A stretch of 20,045 nucleotides of DNA from Selaginella moellendorffii (taxonomy: Eukaryota; Plantae; Lycopodiophyta). Below the pieces are notes generated by a model that saw only the letters and a list, made by a program, of their open reading frames with translations, searched no databases and was not told the DNA's origin. Shown one piece after another: positions 11,501 through 20,045 of the stretch. Position numbers and translations under genes: made by a program. The DNA lies in NCBI RefSeq assembly GCF_000143415.4, contig NW_003314510.1:1-20045 (forward strand), written 5' to 3'. Position 1 is the stretch's first letter; the number at the start of each line of letters is the position of its first letter.

Positions 11501-11635
11501 AAGCAGCAAGTAGGGGGCGAGCAAGGCGAGAGATGCCCCGAGGACGATAGAACTTGGTGGTCATGGCTACAGGCGGCTGTGCATTTGAACCCGACATGTC
11601 CAAAGTACTGGACATTATTAAAGCAGATAAAATAG
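5506..11635 (+). CDS. SKI3: Tetratricopeptide-repeat protein SKI3 (TTC37/SKIC3; SKI complex of the cytoplasmic RNA exosome), multi-exon, apparently intact, 100-N gap at 6732-6831
   Basis: ATG 5506 (MEEARQALGDGRFPDAVKLCKQLLKHDRRNYDGFVVLGLA...) to TAG 11635. Spliced segments EKAAHEFVESAKLDP..YLGHYY..DLRRAVRCYQKAV, KSPRAFWAWRRLGFIQ, KWSEAI..RGYPTDSRLWEAL, LRQHALIQALRLDANHAIAWAYLGQLY, FDRARSADPTLSLPWAGM, HREPWN and AVHLNPTCPKYW match plant SKI3. The junctions I checked keep frame with GT-AG introns (e.g. 5716-5765, 6175-6214). Confidence 0.93.
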
Positions 11636-11867
11636 TTCTTTTCTACGAGTGATTTTCCACCCTATGCAGTGTTGTTCTGTACTTCACAGCTACTTCTGGC
11701 TTCAATTACCGATCTTAGCATCCTGCTATTTTGGTATGGCTTATGACAGGATTTAAGGCTGAAACGCTTTAAGGTGGTTTAGGGTTGGCTCCAGTGATAG
11801 ATAATTAGTCATACCTACATTATTTTATTGAAAAATAGTGTGATTTAGCTTAAAATTTATTTTATAG

Positions 11868-11894
11868 TATATACATACATACATACATATACAT

Positions 11895-11957
<63 letters not shown>
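11868..11957. repeat. Compound (TACA)n/(TA)n microsatellite
   Basis: Directly visible. Confidence 0.98.
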
Positions 11958-11960
<3 letters not shown>

Positions 11961-13170
11961 ATATTATAATAAAGATAATCTGACTTAAATTATCAAATAT
12001 TACATCTGTAGCAACAAATATTACCACAAAGATTTAATGCTATATCATTTCAAATAACATAACATCATAGCAAGTTTCATTCTTGTGTCATTAAGCACAA
12101 CTTTATAATCTCTTGATTGTGACCATCTCTTTTTTGCACATATTTCATTCATTGTATTTAGATTGCAGTAAGCCCTCTGCTTTTATAAATGCTTCTCATT
12201 TCTTGCATGGCACACTAATCTATATAGTAATTGTACATAAATTTGTGTAAAGGTGAACATAATTGATTAGAGTGTAAAGGTGAGTACAAAGACTTTCTTT
12301 GGGTGTTTAGGGTGTTGAGCATAGTGGTTTTTAACAAGTGGATCATGTTGTAGTTGTGGTTCCATCAATTTCTCATGTTCTTAATCATGTGTGTAGATTT
12401 TTAATATTATAATGGTTTATTGTGCTTGGATGTGTTGCAAAGTAATAGTATAGACCTTTCTTCCTTGGCTTGAGTTATATAATTATTTTAGTGATTGTTT
12501 TGTGGGGCATTGTAATGCAACATATATATTTACAAATAATAATTTTTCTGGGTAGTAATATATTAATGTTCCTAAAAAATATTATTTTATATTCTAAGTA
12601 AAACGTAAAATTAATTAATATCTTACAGTGGGTATTAAACCCGTACAGGCAAAAGGAAATTAATTCATGAGATCTTGGTGCACCATAGACCGATTTTAAT
12701 CTTTTGAGAAGGGTTTGAATATTAGCATATCTATTGTGATCTGAAAGATGAAATAAAAATATCATTTATATATAATATAGTTTTAACAATAGAAAATTGA
12801 TTTTTACTTTTTTCTTTATCAGGTATTTTTCTAAATATATTCATATTTCNNNNNNNNNNNNNNNNNNNNNNNNNNNNNNNNNNNNNNNNNNNNNNNNNNN
12901 NNNNNNNNNNNNNNNNNNNNNNNNNNNNNNNNNNNNNNNNNNNNNNNNNAATTTGTATATTATATTTTTGTTAATAAAAATTTATTATTACTTATATTTT
13001 GTTTTAAATGGTTATATTATCAAGTTTATAAGAATTGATTTTGGTATTCATCTAGCATTTTCTAGGCATAATTCCCTCAATCAAAGTGGAATACAATATT
13101 TGTTATTTTGAACTATTCCATTTAGTTTTAATATATTAAAAAATCAAAACAATATTTTATTAACTGCACA

Positions 13171-13171
<1 letters not shown>

Positions 13172-13241
<70 letters not shown>
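13172..13241. repeat. (TA)n microsatellite, about 35 units
   Basis: Directly visible. Confidence 0.98.
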
Positions 13242-13244
<3 letters not shown>

Positions 13245-13727
13245 CAAAATTCAAACACACATATTTTTATTTTATATATTTTACATTTGTACAATCTTTT
13301 GCTAAGGCATCCACCTTAGGTACACTTGCCTTCATACTTCCCCTAAAAATTGCTATCATAAATTATTTGCTATATATAAAATTTGTTTCTTTTTTTTTTG
13401 TAAATACTAGTTTTTAAAACTATATAAAATATTAGAAAATCCTTTAAAATTAAAAGTAAAAACTTACATGGTTAGTAGTATATCTAAGCAGTATATATTA
13501 AATATATTACAATCAAACGTTTTTATAAAGATGTTAATTTGAATAATATTGAAAGTCTTTTCAGAATTTGGGATAATATTTTAAAACACTATAGCTCAAT
13601 GTGACTACTAAAGTGCTCTAATTATGTGGCTAAAATGAAATTTTGATGAACTATACAAAATATTTAACTAAGTAATGCCACCCACAGTTGGATTGAGAGT
13701 ACTGTTCATTTGATCTCCTAGGGAGAG

Positions 13728-14201
13728 TTAGAGTTTACTCCTGAATGGCAGCTGCTGCTGCTGGAGCCCTGGCTGTTGAGCACCCATGAGAGACAAAGTC
13801 CCAAAAACCATCTGAGAAGCATCTGAGCGATTTGGCATGGGAGGGTTGCTGTTGTTCTGGGACGACTTATTCTCTAGCGAGAGCATCTTCATGGATATCC
13901 TCTGGAGATAGTCCTGCTGAACAAGGAAAAAAGAAACTTTTCTATCATCGATCCGATCAGAGGAGCGAGGAGAAACTTGCCTGATCCGTTGCCCTCATGT
14001 AAATCTTCTCCTCGAAGCGGCATGCGATCTTGAGCAGCTCGTTGGGCGGATTGTGTGGCATATGCTTCTGGAGCGTGTCCATTCTGCCCATTACCGGAGA
14101 CAAGGCCATGAGGATCAATCGAGAGAGATAGAGGGGAGCGCTCACATTCTCTTGACGATCTTATTCCGCGCATCGGAGCATAGGCCACTGCGCCAATCCA
14201 T
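13728..14201 (-). CDS. Truncated Mediator subunit 15a-like (NRB4-like) KIX-domain-only protein, about 115 aa; exons 14201-14146, 14083-13981, 13916-13728
   Basis: Spliced product is MDWRSGLCSDARNKIVKRI-MDTLQKHMPHNPPNELLKIACRFEEKIYMRATDQ-QDYLQRISMKMLSLENKSSQNNSNPPMPNRSDASQMVFGTLSLMGAQQPGLQQQQLPFRSKL*. It matches the MED15a KIX pattern DWR...R.KIV.KIM.TL.KH...IA.RFEEKI....DYL..IS.KML. Intron 2 is GC-AG, and AT-rich non-coding DNA follows instead of the long Q-rich body. Confidence 0.82.
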
Positions 14202-14289
14202 TGCCCTCGTCTTCTCAGCTAGCTCGCTATTTGGTTAATAAAATAATGTGAAATATTCTTTACATCTAAAGAATCTGGTCAGGTATCTA

Positions 14290-14989
14290 GGGCTTGACAG
14301 CGCCAGGATTCCTCTCAATTGGTGGCAGCGCGCGGCCGTCGTGGCGGGATCGGCAGTGGGCGAGACCACGGGAGGATTTGCGTTCCAGCGAATGCTGGAG
14401 CGTATGGAGCGAAGCCCCGAGGGCCAGGTAGCAAGCAAATCTTGTTCTTTCTATCCATCTCCAAGCAATTCCTTTGCTCCAAGCAGAGAATTGTCGCGGA
14501 GCGTCCCAGAGTGACATCGTCGCCAATGTCTCGCGCCTGGGATCTCCCACCCAATACCTTTGGCGCCGCCTACGCCCAGTTCATGGGATCCAGGAACTTT
14601 AGCCCCAACGATCGCCCTCCAGTTCGATTTCTAGAGTCCGAGCAGCTCGCCTACGTTGCGACACGAGACCGGGAAGTTCACGACTTTTGGCACGTCCTCT
14701 TTGGCCTGCCCACCAGCGTCATGGGAGAGCTCACCTTGAAAGCGCTCGAGCTCCAGCAGACCACCATGCCGATGTGCTTCCTCTCGGTTGCCGGAGCTTC
14801 GTGGCGGCTCAAGCCACACCAGAGGGAGGCGCTCTTCCGGGAGTTCATCCCTGGGCTTTCAGGGCTGGGAACTCCGCCACGGACCTGATGTGCGTTTACT
14901 ACGAGCAGCACCTGGATGAAGATCTGGAAGATGTTCGCCGCAAGTGGGGCATCATTCCTGCGCCGGCGTTACATGCTTTATTTCGTTAA
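14290..14989 (+). pseudogene. COQ4: Ubiquinone biosynthesis protein COQ4 pseudogene (intron 14428-14486)
   Basis: Reads [77 protein letters not shown] and [28 protein letters not shown]. Lesions: no in-frame ATG at the expected start, loss of the ~15-aa DPRRAD segment between AVG and ETTG, a 1-nt frameshift at about 14849-14851 (ATC CCT GGG versus ..CCC TGG GCT), and a MITE inserted in the last codons. Confidence 0.88.
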
Positions 14990-15341
14990 AGTGGGACTTT
15001 TCATTATCCCACTTATGGTGTGTGGCCACATGCCATTTTTATAACAACAATAAAAAATTGAAGTTTTAACTTTATAATTTATAAATTAAAAACTTTTCAT
15101 ATGATTTTGTGTTATAATANNNNNNNNNNNNNNNNNNNNNNNNNNNNNNNNNNNNNNNNNNNNNNNNNNNNNNNNNNNNNNNNNNNNNNNNNNNNNNNNN
15201 NNNNNNNNNNNNNNNNNNNAATTAAAAAACTGATAGAAATATTAATAAATATTAATTAAGTACTAGGAAATGGCATGTGGACACATGCTAATTACTTTCC
15301 CACTTTACTGAATAAGTCCCACTTTAACGAAATAAAGCATC
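14972..15341. mobile_element. MITE with TA target-site duplication (Tc1/mariner, Stowaway-like); interior includes gap 15120-15219
   Basis: Perfect 27-bp inverted repeat atgctttatttcgttaaagtgggactt (14973-14999) / aagtcccactttaacgaaataaagcat (15314-15340). A second subterminal IR is gtggccacatgccattt / aaatggcatgtggacac (1 mismatch). TA lies at 14970-71 and 15342-43, and the interior is AT-rich. Confidence 0.9.
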
Positions 15342-15378
15342 TACGAAAAAAATAATTTTTCCGAACCTCCTCAACTCG

Positions 15379-15832
15379 TCAACTTCTCCAGTGAGCCTCT
15401 TCTTCTACAAGAGCTTTGGTGCTGGATAGCAATTGCCGAAGAAACTTGCCTGTGCACGAATGGAAAAGTCATTACAACCAGATCACAAAAGCGCAGGTAC
15501 TTACGTTCTCTTGACGGACGTTTCCAGTTATGTCGTTCGGATCAAATCTCTGAGAAGCCAATATTTCAGAGGTCTTCCGGTGTCAAGGGAGGAACGTACT
15601 TATACCAATGCCTTGACACCTGATTGATTCCAGTTCCCGTTTCGCCTGGGAGTTCCACACGCTGAAGAAACAGTCCATTTCATGCCGGATACGATGGGAA
15701 TCTAGTGGAAAAACCACATCGAGCAACCAGGCGGAGCTGAAGATCGTAGTGATGCGATGGAGACACTAAAATCTCCAGGGAGAGACTGGACTTACAACGA
15801 TGGTAGAGGTGCGAATGCTTCTATAACCTGAT
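15379..15832 (-). pseudogene. 3' exons of an unidentified spliced gene with one in-frame stop; exons about 15832-15796, 15736-15606, 15549-15505, 15449-15379
   Basis: Three phase-consistent GT-AG introns of 59, 56 and 55 nt give QVIEAFAPLPSF-SAWLLDVVFPLDSHRIRHEMDCFFSVWNSQAKRELESIRCQGI-EI*SERHNWKRPSRE-RKFLRQLLSSTKALVEEEAHWRS*. The premature TGA is at 15544-15542. I do not recognise the family. Confidence 0.5.
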
Positions 15833-16106
15833 CTGTTGAGATAAGCATATTCAATGCCCATGACATTCATTTTTCAGGTACATTATCTTTTGCAGCCAGA
15901 AACTAAATATCTCTCCAAACTTAACAACTTCATTAAAGTAAAGCCTTTCAGGAATCAATTTAGCCAATTTTCAAGACTGTGAAATGATTATAACTGCTCA
16001 TGGGCTAGTTTTCCTAATTTTAGAAGAGGTAAAAATTAAATCTTTGTCTCTTATTTCTTTTTAGTCTAATTAGTTTAGTGAATATTGTGATGAACCTTGC
16101 CACTTT

Positions 16107-16197
16107 AATAAAGTATTTTTCTTTTTGTTAAGAAATTTACAAATTGACAATTAAACTGAAAGTGAGATTGAATATGATATTCAGCTCACCTTAAACC
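16107..16197 (-). repeat. Dispersed repeat, copy B (inverted partner of 4270-4360)
   Basis: atttacaaattgacaattaaa (16135-16155) plus similar flanks. Confidence 0.7.
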
Positions 16198-16440
16198 ACT
16201 TAGAGGAGTATCTCTCTATAAATCTTTATCCTTACTTACAAACTTCCTAGCCTTAAGGGGTGACTTCAAACCTACACTATTGTTGCATTTGGTCTAAATG
16301 TTCTATGTGTTCAATTTTGTTTCAAACACTAAAAAATGTTATTAGTTTTTTAACTTGTTATGCTAAAGTTATATCCATTTTCATTATCCTATTGGTATTC
16401 TAAACTCAATTACACTATAGTAACATAAGATTAAATTATC

Positions 16441-16774
16441 CATCCATAGTTGGTCATCTTATAACCACACTTTAACATCTTTATGATGTTCTAAAATATG
16501 GGAAACATCATTTTCAATATCCTTCCTTCAATCCCACCAAATCCTTTTTCATCCATGGGTGGTCATCCTGTGACCATACTTTAATATCTTTATAATGTTC
16601 TAAAATATATGAAACATCATCTTCAATATCCTTTTTTCAATCCCATTAAGTCTTTTTTCATTCATGGGTGGTTATTTTATGGCCACACTTTAACATCTTT
16701 ATGATATTTTAAAATATGGGAAACATCATCTTCAATATCTTTCCCTCAATTCCACCAAGTCTTTTTTTATCCAC
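16441..16774. repeat. Tandem repeat, 3 diverged copies of a 109-bp unit
   Basis: Units start at 16441, 16550 and 16659, with a partial fourth at 16768. Shared motifs include actttaaYatctttat, taaaatat, gaaacatcatYttcaatatc and tcaatYcca. Confidence 0.93.
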
Positions 16775-18527
16775 GATAGTACTCATTAATAATATCATTA
16801 GATTAGAGCTCTAGAAGCCCAATCATTAAGTTCCATTTACCTCTAAAACTTCCTCACCATGTGATTATACTCTTGGTCATTGAGTAAGAAGATTACTTTT
16901 CTTGCTTTCCACAAACAAGAAGTATATATTAGCCCTAAACCTTAATTCCTAAACTAAGTCACCCCATTTATCTATCCATATTCACCCTAGCCTTGAACTT
17001 TTTAATAATGTTATCATCACTTACCACATGGGTGTAGCAATTTTAGGTTATACTAGCCATTTACATGAAAATATAGAAAATAAAAAAAATAAAAAAATAA
17101 AAAATTATAGTTAATTTACTATAAAAAGTATTTAACAATTATTATAAGAGGATTTTATATGTTTTATTTTAGTTAAATAAAAGTAATATTTGTGATGTTT
17201 AATTAACTATTTCACAAAATAAAGCTGAAACATATATAATCAAAACAAGTGTGTGAAAATGATTATAAAATTATTATTTTGCAAACAATGTAATATGTTT
17301 TTCATGTTTTTTTAGTAAGAAAAAATTATTTCTGTCTGTATTTATAATTATAAACTTTTCACCTAAACACCAAGGGTGAGTTCTATATCTGATGTTTAAA
17401 AGTATACAAAAATAGAGTTAAATCATGAATATTCACATTATAGTTATTACAAAAAAGTTATCTATTTATTTGAGAAGATGTAACTATACTAGAATAAATG
17501 ATGTTCCCGCAACCCAAACAGTCCTTTGAATAATGTATGTATTTGGGTGGTGACTTAGGGTTGTTATTGTTTCCTTTTATTGTTTGTTATTATTTGTAAT
17601 TGTTTATAAAGACTAATGTCAATCAGCTCATTAGTAGAACCGGAAAGAAAAAGTTTAGTTACTTATAAATTTTATTGTAAACTATAATAAAAGATAAAAT
17701 AGTCTCACCAAATGTTTTTCTAATATATAATGATTGAAAAAATAATTAATTTATCTTATGCTCATAATACCAAACTTTATTTCAGGATAAAAAACTATAG
17801 TTTTAGGAATACATTCAGCTTCATGTAAACTTCCTTTTTAACAAGAGTTTTAAAATTCTTTCAATAAATAATACTTAATAATAATAACACACAAATAAAT
17901 ACATGTTGCATACAACAGCATCCTTGGCAATATTGTCCTGGACACCAAGCTTGTCCCAAATATCATTGTCAAAGACTCCCATAGTGGGGACAAGCTTGCC
18001 TAGTGGAAAATAGCCTCATCTTTGTGGTATTGCCAACTGTGGATGCCAATACCACTACACACTTTCTGATCCCCATTGCATCCATGGCATTCAGCTTATC
18101 CTCTTTGCGGATCCACGGGCAGGTCGATTGATAGGCGCTGCTCTCACAATCTAAGTGTTAGCCATGCCCTTTCACTGTCACTCACCTCCAACCATGTAGA
18201 TTATTCGTTGCGTTTAGGGCAAATTCAAATGTGTTCTTGGCTCTCGAGCGGCGCGCTACTTAATGGCGGAGCTTGCAATCGCTTAGTCCCTGGACCGTCT
18301 CGTTCATAAACAATTTCTCCTGGCGTGCTGCATGCTTGACGATTGGAACGAATCTTAATGGCCGACGTCGCGCTTGGCACTGATTCCTTCGCGTTTTGAC
18401 TCAAAACCTCACTTTCAATCGATTCATTCCAGGCGAGGCGAGTGAGGCGAGCGAGCGAGGCGAGAGAGAAAACTATCTTTTGTTTCTTTTTGTCTCTCTC
18501 TTCTGTCGTTCTCGTTAGATCGTGATC

Positions 18528-19743
18528 ATGCTGGCGATTTTGCTGATGTTGTCGCTCCTGGGAAGCTTAAGCTTTGCCAATGCTCAGGAATCATCAAGCG
18601 GCGGCGATGGTGGCAGTGGGCTCAAGCACAAATTCTACGCGCTCTCGTGCCCCCAGGCAGAGGATATTGCTCGAAGAACGCTCCAACGAAACAGGATGAG
18701 CGATCCCACCGCCCCTGCGGCGCTCCTCCGCGTCGTCTTCCATGATTGCCAGGTTGAGGTACGTGATTGCGGTGATCGTGACGATTCTTGAGAGGAAATG
18801 AGGGAAAAGAAAGCTCTCGACTTGCTTTTGCAGGGATGCGATGCTTCGATTCTACTCGAGACATCTTCCGCGATGACCGCCGAGACCGTGTCGGAGAAGA
18901 ATTTCTCCATTCGCCGCTTGGATTACATTCACGACATCAAGGCCGCCATTGAAAAGGAATGCCCCGGCATCGTCTCTTGCGCCGACATCATCGTTATGGC
19001 TGCCAGGGACGCCATCGCAATGGTGTGGGGATCTTTTCTTGTTCGATCGATCGATCGATCAGCTTGAGTTGAGGAACTTCTAACACTTTGCTCTTGATCT
19101 TGCAGTCTGGTGGTCCACAAATCCCGATCGAAACTGGGCGAAGAGACACTCTCTTCGCCAGTAACTTAAACGCGGACGAAGCGCTGCCCCCTCCAACATT
19201 GACCGTGAGTGAGATGCTCGACACTCTCGCGGAAAAAGGCCTTGACATCGAAGAGAGCGTCGCCATCTTAGGTAAGAAAACCATCCCAATCCCATGTCCG
19301 CATCGATCGATCATGGATTGGTCGATTTCTTGGCAGGAGCTCACACATTGGGCGTTGGGCACTGCCTGAATTTCATCAATCGCTTCGATCCCCAGGACAA
19401 TGGCCCCCAGATGTCGCCCTTCTTCTCCACGGCGCTCAGGGTCTTGTGCCAATCACCCCCTTCGATGAGCAATGCCACATTCGCGCCCAACGATCTCACC
19501 AATTTCATGTTTGACAACCAGTACTTCCGCGATCTGCAAGGCCAGCGCGGATTGCTCACCGTGGACGCGGAGCTCCCCATCGATCCACGCACCAAGAAGC
19601 ATGTCGATCTCTTCGCGCTCAATCAGCTCCTCTTCTTCGCCAAATTCAGCGACGCCTTCGTCAAGCTCACCAGCTTCAATGTGCTCACGGGCAGCGATGG
19701 TGAGATTCGGAGGGATTGCCGGGCTGTGAATCGAGAGCCCTAG
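18528..19743 (+). CDS. Class III secretory peroxidase, PER29-like, 330 aa; exons 18528-18758, 18834-19022, 19106-19271, 19337-19743
   Basis: Signal peptide, FYALSCP, distal [35 protein letters not shown]..GRRD, proximal ILGAHTLGVGHC, FDNQYF and GEIRRDC. Classic three-intron structure with exons summing to 993 nt. HDCQV and EESVAI point to the PER29 clade. Confidence 0.96.
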
Positions 19744-19853
19744 GAGAGCTCTGACCTTGGGGAAGTAAAAGAAGATTTCACGATGAGCGATCACTGTTCG
19801 TTCTTTGATGCTCCAGGCGCGTATTTTCCCAGCCTTTATGACGCGTTTGATCG

Positions 19854-19886
19854 CAGCCGTTGGATTGGCCCTGGGTCCAACGGCTG
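19854..19886. promoter_or_regulatory. Inverted pair of MSA-like elements (TCCAACGGCT) flanking a CCAAT/GGCCC spacer
   Basis: Perfect 11-bp IR cagccgttgga (19854-19864) / tccaacggctg (19876-19886). Each arm matches the YCYAACGGYY MSA consensus. Confidence 0.5.
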
Positions 19887-20045
19887 TGGCTGGCCACAGT
19901 GTGTGGTGGCTATGGCGACCAGGAGCGCTTAGCGATGGCGCTCGGGCGGGCGCGACGCACCGCATTCGTGTTCTCTCCCAGGTAATCCGCGATGCCGCAG
20001 CGCATTCTCGAGATCCGCGAGATCAGTTCTAGATTCTAAGGCATG

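Noticed and set aside
12475-13111. Ile/Phe/Tyr-rich ORFs of 96 and 104 aa
   Set aside because: They are AT-rich compositional artefacts, and one spans an N gap.
11868-13241. 1.2-kb segment between two (TA)n arrays as a microsatellite-targeting transposon
   Set aside because: I found no terminal inverted repeats or coding remnants at the inner edges. This cannot be supported without a genome-wide search.
13671-13691. 17/21 inverted match to about 18033-18053 as possible TIRs around the relocated island
   Set aside because: The similarity does not extend and no TSD is visible, so it may be chance.
923-15219. N runs at 923-1191, 2996-3138, 6732-6831, 12850-12949 and 15120-15219
   Set aside because: These are assembly gaps, three being 100-N placeholders. 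Frames and lengths across them are unreliable and not biological signal.
16441-16774. 109-bp repeat as a CRISPR array or a repeated exon-intron unit
   Set aside because: There are no unique spacers and the context is eukaryotic. The only plausible minus-strand split (47-nt intron + 62-nt exon) does not preserve frame.
17900-18010. Minus-strand peptide GKLVPTMGVFDNDIWDKLGVQDNIAKDAVVCN, faintly PPR-like
   Set aside because: It is too short and degenerate to support.
19453-20032. 170-aa minus-strand and 75-aa plus-strand ORFs at the right end
   Set aside because: They are antisense to the peroxidase or lie in GC-rich promoter-like DNA, with no recognisable motif.

Overview
This is eukaryotic, not prokaryotic, DNA. 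It comes from a very compact land-plant genome with 40-80 nt spliceosomal introns and genes about 200-300 bp apart, most consistent with a Selaginella-type lycophyte draft assembly containing five N gaps. Left to right: four tightly packed minus-strand genes (an 8-Cys nsLTP missed by the ORF track, a glycine-rich GYGPGYGG protein, a TGD5 homologue and a plastid-type DUF3326 protein); an AT-rich island and a possible F-box/kelch remnant; and an apparently intact multi-exon SKI3/TTC37 gene that keeps a long N-terminal TPR region. Then AT-rich DNA with two (TA)n arrays, and a ~2.3 kb GC-richer island holding a KIX-domain-only MED15a copy, a COQ4 pseudogene disrupted by a TA-flanked MITE and the 3' exons of a third gene. 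The window ends with a 3x109 bp tandem repeat, a PER29-like class III peroxidase and a probable next promoter with an inverted pair of MSA elements. The most notable observations are the relocated three-gene fragment, in which only the KIX-only ORF remains open (candidate microProtein), and the long-form SKI3. Gene identities come from my recognition of the sequences, not from database searches, and I found no evidence of a demonstrably new multi-gene system.
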